From the NCBI GenBank assembly GCA_050273025.1, contig CP158635.1:28520001-28584000 (forward strand): 64,000 bases of DNA. The letters are read 5' to 3'. The stretch comes from Cenococcum geophilum. Its lineage: Eukaryota. Positions 50,357 through 60,473 of the stretch are shown here, one piece after another. A model generated the notes under the pieces. That model searched no databases and was not told the origin of the DNA. It saw nothing but the letters and a program-made list of their open reading frames with translations. Positions within the stretch are counted from its first letter, which is position 1. Each line of letters begins with the position of its first letter. Made by a program: the position numbers and the translations under genes.

Positions 50357-52081
50357 TCACTCCATAATCTCGCTAGCAAAGCGACTCCTCGCCCTGATCC
50401 TCGGCCCGTAAAACACCAGTATCCACGGCACGAGCGTCAGCAGGGCGCCCACCCCGCCCAGCAAGCTGCTCGCGCCGCCATACGTCAACTGCTTGTACAT
50501 CTGGGTTGTGACGAGGGGGAAGAGGCCGGCGAGGATGTTGCGGCAGAAGGACTGGGCGGCGAGGGCGGAGCTGGCGTAGCGGTGGTACGTGTCGGCGAGG
50601 TAGTTGAAGACGGCGAGGTAGACGGAGAAGATGCCGATGGTGGCGAGCGCGATGGCGATGGTCGGCACGATCCAATGGATTCTGGATGCGGACGTCCAGC
50701 CAAACATGAACAGGCCGATTGGCATGAGTGCGCTCTCCACGCACGAGAAGTACAGGCGGCCCTCTGGGGTCGAGGCGATTTTCCCGTGCCGCTTGGCTAG
50801 CTTTTCTTGGTAGATGGAGAGGACGGTGGCGAGGATCGAGCCGATGCACATGGAGGCGAAGACGGCGTTGGCTTGCGAGAGCGTGAAGTGGTGCTTATCG
50901 CGGAAGACGAGCGGGATGGCCGCGAGGGTGAGGTAGAGGACCGCCCAGCTGAAGGCGACCCAGAGCGAGAACCAGAAGACGACGGGCTCGGTCAGGAGGA
51001 GGTGGAAGGGGCGGTAGAGAGAGATTCCGATCATTTTGCCTATGCTGCTGCGCTCTTCGTCCGACTTGACTTTCCACCGAATGCGCTGAGACACCTTTTC
51101 CATGTCGGCGGAGTCAGAGGGCATGTCGAAGCCGTAGTAGCCAGCTGCTTCTCGAGCTTCGTACCACCGGTTGAGTGCTTTGGCTTTGCGGCTCAGGAGA
51201 ACGCTCCCCCTAGTCTCTCTGAAGAAGACACAGACAAGTGCGATCATGACGCCGCATGTGATAGTCTGTAGGTAGAAGATCCAGCGCCATGTTGTATTCT
51301 GGGCCACGAAACCGCATACTAGCGGTCCCCACCCGGTCCCAAATAGCGCTGCCCCAGAGAACAATGCCATGGGGGTGTTCCGATCTTCTGTATGATATAT
51401 ATCGCTAACCACGCCTCCAACCATCGTTGAGAATGTTGACCCGCCCACTCCGAGGAAGAAGCGAGCTACGAGCATACCCGCATACGAGCGAGTTACGGCA
51501 GAACATAGCTGGCAGATTACGAAGAGGATGCCGGAGACCATAAAGACAGGGTATCTGCCGTTGATCTCGGAGAAAGGCGCCAAGACCATGGGAGCAACGC
51601 CGAAGCCGGTGGTAAACGCGGTGATGCCAACAAGTGCAGCGACACCGCTAACGTGCCACTCCGCTATCATTTGCTCTATTCCTGGGCTGTAAGAGCCAGC
51701 GGAGAAGGCGGTCAATGCTGTTACAGCGCAAGATAGCCATATGATGAAGCGTTTGTGGAAGTCGGACCATTCGAATGGAGAGGTATACTTCTTGAGATTC
51801 GGAGGTCCCGGTAGAGGTGACTGGGGTGACTGGGGTGACTGGAGTGACTGGAGTGACTGGTTGCTTGAGAGGTGGATGGCTGAAGGCGGGGGTAACTCGG
51901 TCTCGAAGGTAAGGTAATGGTAGACAATGGCCCCTCCGCCATCGCTCATCCCCTCGCGATCTTCAGAATCATCCTTGACGGACTCCTCCAAGTCTGCTTT
52001 TTGCGGATATAAACGATCCGTTGGAGGGGTTATTCCCGGTTTATCCCCGGAACTTAAGATTTGAGATGACGTCCTCGGCAT
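50357..52081 (-). CDS. MFS multidrug transporter (DHA1 family)
   Basis: LAPFSEINGRYPV, ARFFLGVGGS, GGVVSDIY, WRWIF, ETRGSVLL, TPEGRL and NYLADTYHRYASSALAA motifs. N-terminal QSL/QSP repeat from a 9-bp unit at about 51816-51860. Confidence 0.93.
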   Translation of the reverse strand: MPRTSSQILSSGDKPGITPPTDRLYPQKADLEESVKDDSEDREGMSDGGGAIVYHYLTFETELPPPSAIHLSSNQSLQSLQSPQSPQSPLPGPPNLKKYTSPFEWSDFHKRFIIWLSCAVTALTAFSAGSYSPGIEQMIAEWHVSGVAALVGITAFTTGFGVAPMVLAPFSEINGRYPVFMVSGILFVICQLCSAVTRSYAGMLVARFFLGVGGSTFSTMVGGVVSDIYHTEDRNTPMALFSGAALFGTGWGPLVCGFVAQNTTWRWIFYLQTITCGVMIALVCVFFRETRGSVLLSRKAKALNRWYEAREAAGYYGFDMPSDSADMEKVSQRIRWKVKSDEERSSIGKMIGISLYRPFHLLLTEPVVFWFSLWVAFSWAVLYLTLAAIPLVFRDKHHFTLSQANAVFASMCIGSILATVLSIYQEKLAKRHGKIASTPEGRLYFSCVESALMPIGLFMFGWTSASRIHWIVPTIAIALATIGIFSVYLAVFNYLADTYHRYASSALAAQSFCRNILAGLFPLVTTQMYKQLTYGGASSLLGGVGALLTLVPWILVFYGPRIRARSRFASEIME

Positions 52082-53201
52082 GGCAGGGGGGCAACACTTT
52101 AATGGCTGGGAGTGTAAAGATGAAGGAGAAGAGGTCGCATTAAAAAGAAAAGCCCAGCGCAGAGGCAGGAAGAAGGATCTGAGTGAGGGGTTTCACAAAG
52201 AGGGTCAGTGAAATACAAATAGCTAGCTATGTTGAAATGTGACCCACCAAGAAAATTGGTTAGAACCGGAGCTCTGCATATCCTAACATTAAGCGTCGGA
52301 TGGCGCTCAGTAGCCGCAGAAGGGTCTATTGAACGACACATGGTTGGTAGACGGCCGGGTTTCCGATTATCCAGAGCGTTCAGCTCACTGCTCAGCTGGG
52401 AACCGAAGGAATGGAGCGGCGCCATCAACAACGAGGGTGTGCAGGCCGGCTAACTGAAGATGCATAGGGAAGCGATGCTCAGGGCAGATCCCTCGGAGAC
52501 GGGTGCCATATCGACAGTGGGAAAATCCAGGATCCAGAAAGACGGTCAGCCATTTCTCGGATTGGGTGATTACTATTGGGACGACTCTCACGATGTGTAC
52601 TACGTGGTGTTCTAGCCTTAAAGGTTTCCCAACATGTTCTGGAGCCGAATCTTGGATTCTGCAGCCGTAAAAGTCCATTAGCAAAGAGTAAGAGAAGGAG
52701 TTCCGAAATTTGTACTGCTGATAATTTTTTGGGTAGATTCATTGTGACATAGCAGGATAGCGGCGGAGGATTGATACATAAGGAGCAATACGCGACAGCT
52801 TAGGCATGCACCGAATAAGGTCGCTTTTTACGGAGTCGGCACCGCGGAATGTCGCCTCTCCCATGTGATGCTGCTCGTATCTCGTCTTGGTAGTACATCA
52901 TTGGTGTGAGGGGGTGGCGTGGGGTCGTTAAGATTGTGAGCAAGAGAGCATGTCGAGCACGCAATTGCACTAAATTAGTCGACAAACATACAAATTAAGC
53001 TCATGCCGCACTTCAGACCCTCACGCTCCTTTGTCCTCTTCTGCCTCTCTGAATTCTGAGGAAGTCTTTTCTGTCGAGACACTTGTTATTTCCCAGCTTC
53101 TCAAGAACCTCCAGTGCCTTGGCCTGTGAAACGTGAGATGCACCCCACTTGTTTGCTTGGTTTGCTTGGGTCTGACTTTTTTTCCTAAAAACCAGATCAC
53201 C

Positions 53202-53946
53202 ATGGCTGAACAGCGCGCCGAACCTCTCCGTCTTGGAAGCATTGCTCCCAACTTCGATGCCGAGACCACCAACGGACCCATCAACTTCCATGAGTTCATC
53301 GGCGAAAGCTGGGTGGTGTTGTTCTCTCACCCAGAGGACTACACACCCGTTTGCACGACCGAGCTGGGCGCCTTCGCGAAACTCGAGCCAGAATTCACCA
53401 AGCGCGGCGTGAAGCTCATTGGATTGTCGGCGAACACAATCGAGAGCCATGGAGGATGGATCAAGGATATCAACGACATCTCCGGCAGCAATCTGACGTT
53501 CCCAATCATCGGGGACAAGGAGAGGAAGGTCGCATATCTCTACGACATGTAAGCTTTTCACCCTTTCCAGGCAGGAAAACACCGTCTAAAGCCTGTCCCC
53601 TAGGCTGGACCACCAAGACACCACCAACGTCGACTCCAAGGGTATCGCGTTCACAATCCGATCGGTCTTCATCATCGACCCAAAGAAGACCATTCGTCTC
53701 ATCCTCTCATACCCGGCTTCCACTGGCCGTAACACTGCTGAGGTTCTTCGTGTCATCGATTCATTGCAAACTGGCGACAAGAACAGGATCACTACTCCCA
53801 TTGACTGGGTGCCTGGTGAGGACGTGATTGTTCACCCTTCGGTCAACAATGAATTGGCCAAGGAGCTGTTCCCTAACTTCAGGATCGTCAAGCCATACTT
53901 GCGATTCACTCCACTGCCAAAGGAGAAGACTAGTGCAAATGTGTAA
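53202..53946 (+). CDS. PRX1: 1-Cys peroxiredoxin
   Basis: FSHPEDYTPVCTTELG, YPASTGRN, TPIDWVPG and KPYLRFT motifs. One coding intron at about 53549-53603 and a probable 5'UTR intron. Confidence 0.95.
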
Positions 53947-55157
53947 GAATGGATAGGCATGAACAAGGGCGGGGGACCGGGTTATTGCTATGACCGGCGT
54001 TGTGCAATGAGTATTTGGAAACATAGCCTGTGTTTGGGCATCGACACAGAACACGGGAGGAAACTTCAGGAGGATCGTCAAAGCCAAATGCAAACTAGGA
54101 GTTGTGGCTGCTTTAGACTGAATCCCACAAAACTTTGTCATGCTTCCAGAACACTACGTGCTCTATATAGGGATATGCAAAACTTTTCCGTAGGGCTGAA
54201 ACGGCTAGCTTGACATACCCAGGACTTGAATGCGATCAAGCTTCAAGCATTTGTCATTGAGCTGGGCCTGAAACGAGGCGCTTGTCGTGCCGAACCCGCC
54301 GACGACCCCCTTCTTGACATAGAACCACAAAGCCGGTTCACAGGGCATCCGAACGGGATGACGCCTGGAAGGGCTCCAGCTTTGAGGTCCAAGGCCAGTG
54401 CTGTCCCAGGCTGACCCAGGAACCGGGCAGGGGAGCGGAATGGAGACTGAAATATGCGGCCTTGGGCGAGCACAGGCGAGTCGAAATTTTACCTCAACGC
54501 CATCCCGAACCGCCCTCGAATCATTGTGGTTATCATCGCAACGCCATCTCCTTCCCGCCAGCTGAAAAGCGCCCTGGGCCGTCCGCAACCGCCCGCGCGC
54601 AGCTGTCACTCGCGTACTAGCCCTTTCAGCATCCAGCGCTTTGTCGATGGTCGAAATAAGTCCTTGCATTCTCCAGCCTCGCCTAACCCCCCATACGGTC
54701 TGTGGTACCGAGGCCTTCGCACTTCGTCCACCGCTGCGCTGGGTCTGCGAAACCTCTCGTCGTATACGCTGACCCCCCGACCTGCCTGCAAAACACCCTT
54801 CAACTCCTGACCACGCTGACCTGCATCCGTCCCAGAGCCAAACGGTGCATGCTAAAAGAAGAATACAGCTGACGTGAGGCTCTCTCTTTCTTTCCTTCAA
54901 TGTGTCTACATCCCATACATCCCATGTCCCGCGTCTTAGACAATCTGGTGCCACCATTGCCTACCGTTGCCGTAGTACGACAGCTCTCCTCCATGTCATA
55001 TAGTGCTACCGACAGCTGTCCTCGTTGATGCAAGACTGACGTTGCTGGCCGAGACCCATACTATCGTGTACCGACGCCTGCAATGATCTAACCATCCACG
55101 CAGCTGGTACCGGGGGGGCCGTTCGAGGTACTTGAAAACTGCTAGCTCGTCCTCTTC

Positions 55158-58100
55158 ATGCCGCTCCTGGAATCTCGCCCTATTCTCTTTGGTCATTTTT
55201 CAATTCATCTAATTGCTACGCTGACAATGATTCCTCTAGGTGTCATCGCATATCCCGCTGTTGGATCATCCACCGCTCCGCTCAAGGACTCTTCATCTAT
55301 CTGGAGGAGGCCAAAATCTCCAAAGACCAAAAGGGTACAGTCCACCGAGAGGAAACCATCTGAGGATTCTGCAAGCTCCCTAGCCCGCGCCTATCGCAAG
55401 GTTTACTCTCCGGCCAGGTACCCCATTTCTCTTAATCATTCACCAACGACCGGTGCCGATCATTCGCCTTCCGCTTCTAGGCCCAAGTACGTTCCCATTG
55501 TTGTTCCGCGTTATGTTCCGATAGTAGCACCCAGTAGCCCGTGCTATTCAGCTGAGTCCAGCCCATCAACATCTTCCACAAGCACATCCAGCGAGTGCTG
55601 TAGTATTTCGGACTTCCCCTTACCCGGCTGGAAGGCGTCTGAGGATTCTAGCAGTTCCAAGTCCAGGCATGTCGAAATCTTGATTCCGGATTGGGCCCAA
55701 CCTGTTCAGAGATTGTCTGCATCACCTGTTAATGCACGGAGTGACGGTTCAATCATTCGAGCGCCGCTTCGTGCATCACCTATTAAACCTGCCAGTATGG
55801 CTCGTCAGACGCCAAATACGAGCAGGACGAACACCATAGATTCGCAGACCTCAGCACCATCCCCGTCACAACTTTACTCGGACCAGTTTCGAGGCGGTTC
55901 TAGCGCATACATACCGAGCTTGAACAGCAGTCAAACCAGCTTAAACCGATCGGATGGTCAGGAGCTAACCACAGAGCGAATTCCTGTGAGCGCGACGTCA
56001 AGAACACCTGGCTCCGGATTTCCTTCCGCCGGTCCTTCTCCTGCGATATTACAGACGGCAGGCCTATCTTCAACTCCATCGAATACGACATCAGGGTTAT
56101 CGGGACTGGTGTGCAATGTACATCGGACAACAGGGAGGGAGCCTCATCCCTTAGTTGGGGCAACAACAACCATTCTTGGGGATAAACTCTACGTCTTTGG
56201 TGGGAGGAGGCTTTCTCGGACACGACCTCTGCTTACAGCAGATCTGTACGAGCTGGATCTTGTTAGGCGGCACTGGGCACAGTTAGAGACCATAGGCGAA
56301 ATCCCACCGCCTCGATACTTTCACAGCGTCTGTGCGTTAGGAGACACAAAATTGGTCTGCTATGGAGGAATGTCTCCAGCTCCACCGCAAGCCGGCCAAC
56401 CAATACCACCACAACAAGGCAGCAACTCAGATGCGCAACCTGAGGTTGTTGTTATGTCGGATATCCACATCTACGACGTTCCCACACGAACGTGGATGAA
56501 CATTCCCACACCCGATTCTCCCCAAGGACGATACGCACATTGCGCGACCATATTACCTTCGTCTGCAGTATTCTCTTCCCCGAGTGCGCCACTCACAGCA
56601 ATCCATCATAACCCACCTTCCGCGAATCCAAACCAAGGTTCACTTGGAGTTCAGCTAGATGGTACAGGTGGCGCCGAAATGGTAGTCGTCGGCGGTCAAG
56701 ACAGCGCAAATCACTACATTGAGCAAATAAGCGTCTTCAATTTGAGGAGTCTCAAGTGGACTGCAACAAATACTCTTGGAAGGAGCTGTGGAGCCTACAG
56801 GAGTGTGGTGGCACCTTTGAACACATTAGAACCATCGAAGATTGGGACGGGAACAAGAAACAATAGCGACGCACAGACACAAGACTCTCAGAGAACGGAG
56901 AGTGAGATGGATGGCGGTTCCGCAATGCTGATATACTCGAACTACAACTTCCTTGACGTGAAGCTAGAACTTCAGGTCAGGCTTCCAGACGGCACACTCT
57001 CCGAAAAGTCCATGCACGGAAGCTTTTCACCCCCCGGCCTTCGATTTCCCAACGGCGGCGTAATAGACAACCATTTCGTCGTCAGCGGCACCTTCCTCAC
57101 ATCCTCGAAGCAAGAATACGCACTGTGGGCACTGGACCTCCGGACACTGACGTGGAGTAGAATAGACGCCGGCGGAAGCATATTCAGCCAGGGCAGTTGG
57201 AACAGAGGCGTGCTCTGGGACCGGCGCAACTGCTTCGTGATCCTGGGCAACCGCAAGCGCAGCCTCGTGGAAGACTATAACCACCGCCGGATCAACTTCT
57301 CCAACATCTGCGTCGTCGAGCTCGAAGCCTTCGGACTGTACGACAACCCGCGCAAATCCGCCCCAACCTCCGCCTACGCCTCCATCAGCTCCCCGCTCCA
57401 AACTGGCCGCCTGGACGCCCAAGCCGGCGGCCGGCAGCTCTCCGCCGCCGCCGCCGAGCTAGGTCAGCTCGCACTGGGCCTCCGCGAGCTCGCCGACATG
57501 GACTTCATCGCACTACGCGGCGAGCGGATCCCCGTAAACTCGCACCTGATCGCACGGCGCTGGGGACCCTACTTCAACCAACTCCTGCGCGAAGCCAGCA
57601 GCGCGCCGCTGCACGAGAGCTTCGACACGGCGACGCTGCGTCCGTCGACCATCACGCAGGCCTCGCGCAACTCCAGCATCACCATCACGCCGTCCATAAA
57701 AACGACCTTCTCCTCCGCAACCACCCTCACAAACAACACCGACCCCTCCGCCTCCGCCTCCGCCACCACCCCCAGCTCGCCCTTCGACCCCCCGGACCCC
57801 CGCGGACCCCCGCCCGCCCTCCGCCCCCGCGCCCTCTACCTCCCCCACACCCACCTCACCGTCCAGGCCCTCGTCCACTTCCTCTACACCTCCGCGCTGC
57901 CCCCGCCCGGCTCCCCGCTGTGCAGCCCGCAGATCCTGTGCTCGCTGCTGCAGATCGCGCGGCCGTACCGCGTCGACGGGCTGCTGGAGGCCGTCATCGA
58001 GCGCTTGCACGCGCTGCTGGATGGGCGGAACACGGCGGCCATTTTTAATGCGGCGGCCATGGCGGCCGGGGGCGGGAGCGGGGTCGCGTTTTTGGGCCCT

Positions 58101-58550
58101 GTGGCGGGGGGGTTAGGCGCGTCTGCTGCTGCTGCTGCGGCGGCGGCGGCTGGGGCTGGGGGAGGGGGCGAAGGCGTGGATGCCGGAGCTGTGGTCGTGA
58201 CGAATGGGAATGGGGTAGGAGCTGGGGCGGCGTCGTTGGGGCCCGGGCTCAGGGCGTTGAGGATCGATACTGATGTTGGGGTTGTTGGGCGCGGGGCGGA
58301 GGAGGGGGACAGTGCGAATTCGGCGACGAGTGCGAGTGCGAGTGAGATTGGGAGTGCGAGTGCGAGTGGGGTTGGCGAGGAGAGGGAGGTGTGGGCGGGG
58401 GAGTTGAGCGCTGTGGTTGGGTTGCAGAAGCGCGGGTTGAGGGGCTTGATGGAGGGGCGCAGGATTAGGGAGATGGGGAGGAGTGGTGGTGGAGGGGGAG
58501 TGAGCGGCGGGGCAGGAGATGGCGAGAGGGTTGGGTTGGGGATCGCGTAG
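55158..58550 (+). CDS. ral2: Kelch-repeat/BTB-like regulatory protein (Ral2/Mds3-like); start uncertain (55158, 55797 or upstream exons)
   Basis: TTGREPHPLVGATTT, LYVFGG, PPPRYFHS, PQGRYAH and PPGLRFP kelch motifs. BTB-like ADMDFI..IPVNS..RRWGPYF and ALVHFLYT. Confidence 0.8.
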   Translation: MPLLESRPILFGHFSIHLIATLTMIPLGVIAYPAVGSSTAPLKDSSSIWRRPKSPKTKRVQSTERKPSEDSASSLARAYRKVYSPARYPISLNHSPTTGADHSPSASRPKYVPIVVPRYVPIVAPSSPCYSAESSPSTSSTSTSSECCSISDFPLPGWKASEDSSSSKSRHVEILIPDWAQPVQRLSASPVNARSDGSIIRAPLRASPIKPASMARQTPNTSRTNTIDSQTSAPSPSQLYSDQFRGGSSAYIPSLNSSQTSLNRSDGQELTTERIPVSATSRTPGSGFPSAGPSPAILQTAGLSSTPSNTTSGLSGLVCNVHRTTGREPHPLVGATTTILGDKLYVFGGRRLSRTRPLLTADLYELDLVRRHWAQLETIGEIPPPRYFHSVCALGDTKLVCYGGMSPAPPQAGQPIPPQQGSNSDAQPEVVVMSDIHIYDVPTRTWMNIPTPDSPQGRYAHCATILPSSAVFSSPSAPLTAIHHNPPSANPNQGSLGVQLDGTGGAEMVVVGGQDSANHYIEQISVFNLRSLKWTATNTLGRSCGAYRSVVAPLNTLEPSKIGTGTRNNSDAQTQDSQRTESEMDGGSAMLIYSNYNFLDVKLELQVRLPDGTLSEKSMHGSFSPPGLRFPNGGVIDNHFVVSGTFLTSSKQEYALWALDLRTLTWSRIDAGGSIFSQGSWNRGVLWDRRNCFVILGNRKRSLVEDYNHRRINFSNICVVELEAFGLYDNPRKSAPTSAYASISSPLQTGRLDAQAGGRQLSAAAAELGQLALGLRELADMDFIALRGERIPVNSHLIARRWGPYFNQLLREASSAPLHESFDTATLRPSTITQASRNSSITITPSIKTTFSSATTLTNNTDPSASASATTPSSPFDPPDPRGPPPALRPRALYLPHTHLTVQALVHFLYTSALPPPGSPLCSPQILCSLLQIARPYRVDGLLEAVIERLHALLDGRNTAAIFNAAAMAAGGGSGVAFLGPVAGGLGASAAAAAAAAAGAGGGGEGVDAGAVVVTNGNGVGAGAASLGPGLRALRIDTDVGVVGRGAEEGDSANSATSASASEIGSASASGVGEEREVWAGELSAVVGLQKRGLRGLMEGRRIREMGRSGGGGGVSGGAGDGERVGLGIA

Positions 58551-59163
58551 GTGGATTGATCCAGCAGCTGGGTTTGGGTTGCGGATTGCTCGGAATTGGA
58601 TCTGGGTCTGGTATGGTATGGTATGGTAATAGCATTGGATTAATGAATGGACGAGTGTGGGCAGCGGGGATGTAGGCAGAAGATAAAAAATCAGCGTGTT
58701 GGATAGACTGTTGCCACGGCTTTTGTATTCACTCTTCGTTCTTATCCACCCTCCTTTTCTTCTCCCTCTCTCTCTCTCTCACCGGTTTCCCCAGGGTCTG
58801 GCTTTTCGGCTCTTGCTTTTCCTCTTTCGCTTGGATTTTTTTGTTCGAGAGGCCTCTTCTTCTCCCGTGTTCTTTTGTTAGATCTACCACGCGCGCCAGT
58901 AAGCATTTCGGGGACCGTAACCCGGGCGTTTCCTCTATTATTCTTAGAGCCCGTTTGTTTCCGCGCGCGCGAGTCGAGGCGGGGTTGGTTGCGGTGCCAC
59001 GAGTGGGTTATGTACGCGACTTGTTATGGGGGAGTGGAGAAGATGGAGCTTGCGAGGTTTCTCCGGGTGAGATAATGGTTGGTGGAGTTGGGTAGGGAGA
59101 TGGGCTGAGAGGGATAAAGAGGTGGGAAGTTAATTGGTTAATGGAGTGTTTTGCTACTGCTGT

Positions 59164-59250
59164 GTGTGAGCTATATGGTGTGAGCTATATGGTGTGAGCT
59201 TTATAGTGTGAGCTTTATAGTGTAAGCTTTTAGTGTGAGTGAGTGAGTGT
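59164..59250. repeat. 14-bp minisatellite, about 5 copies
   Basis: GTGTGAGCTWTATR units in tandem. Confidence 0.85.
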
Positions 59251-59559
59251 GAGGTGCACATATGTATGGTTGCGGATTGATGTGAGAGATATGACGGCAT
59301 TATTTATGGATTGTCACTGCCGCAATTGAACACGGGTTGCTTGAGCGCTTCCGCGATCTATAACCTTAACAACTGTGCTTACTAGTGGCTATCTATCCGG
59401 CAGCGAAAAGGTACGTAGAGGATGGATTGCAGAGTTTCTACGGGTTTCACCGGTTGCAGTGCTTAGCAGCTTGTGAAGGCTAGTCAGGGGTTGTGAAAGT
59501 AGACACTCCATCGGTTGGACTCCTTTCACAACATGTAAGGCTGCGTCGGCATAGGGTCT

Positions 59560-59901
59560 CAAGTAATTTTAACTTCAAACCGGTCATTCCTCTACTTAAG
59601 GAGATCGGGAGACAGGCGGACGATCATGAGATTTAGAGCGAGGTCTACGACACTATCACTAAACCCACACCCCCTCCGCGTCCTATTTCATCTATCCAAC
59701 AAGCGCCATAGCTCCGCAACACGAGCAGTTTCGCGAACTCCACTGAACACCGCAAATACGTAGACGACGTGCTGAAGGAGGAGCTGGGGCCTATGTACGT
59801 CGGGGCTCATAGTTTCTTCGAAGCCTTCTTCAGGGGCTGCAGGTCTCGAGTTGGCAGCGCAGGCCGTGTTTGAAAATTGCAAAGAAGGGGATAATCCGTT
59901 C
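59560..59901 (+). pseudogene. Fragment of a FunK1-type fungal kinase (Sgk2-like) N-terminal region
   Basis: DDHEI*SEVY..TPPPRP..QQAP*LRNTSSFANSTEHRKYVDDVLKEELGPMYVG..FFEAFF / GLELAAQAVFENCKEGDNP. Probable TGG->TAG stops, a frameshift, and no kinase domain. Confidence 0.7.
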
Positions 59902-60473
59902 GCCTGGTTTATGGATTTCTGGATGGCAGAAGACAATTCCGGGATATCCCAAATGCCTAGTTCCTCTAATTTCTTTTCACTAAGTTCCTATCGGGATTGG
60001 CAAATGGTTGGGATTAAGTTGGGTAGTCGGCTAAGGAGTTCGAAGAGTGATCGAAACAATCCTTCTGCGGTATTTCATCGGCATCGCATATTGACGCGTT
60101 TTGGGGAGGCTTGCCAGTGAAATCACGCTAGCTGGGTAACCTGCAGCATGCTAACCCGGCAGGAGCGCCTAAAGCGCCCAATACGAAAAGTCTCTTCTGC
60201 CAGACAAAGTGTCGACCTGGATCAGGTTGTCTTGCCACCCAACTCAGTTACCACTTGAGTCAGTCAACTACTCCCTGCTTGACTCGATCACCTACCCCTA
60301 ATTACGTACTCCCCCTGGTACCTGCACCTACATCATGTATATGTAGTCTTTTCTTTCATAGATCAATCAACACACGAGTTTTCCAGATCGACACAAAGGT
60401 ATAACACTTGGGCGACATCCAGACTTCCAAACTTTCAAGCTCCAATCCAAAAAAGGGACCACAACGACTCGAG

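Noticed and set aside
54205..54957. 250-aa minus-strand ORF
   Set aside because: Arg/Gly-rich composition typical of GC-rich leader sequence read antisense; no domain.
59164..59250. Short repeats as a CRISPR-like or telomeric array
   Set aside because: No spacers, not TTAGGG, eukaryotic context; an ordinary minisatellite.
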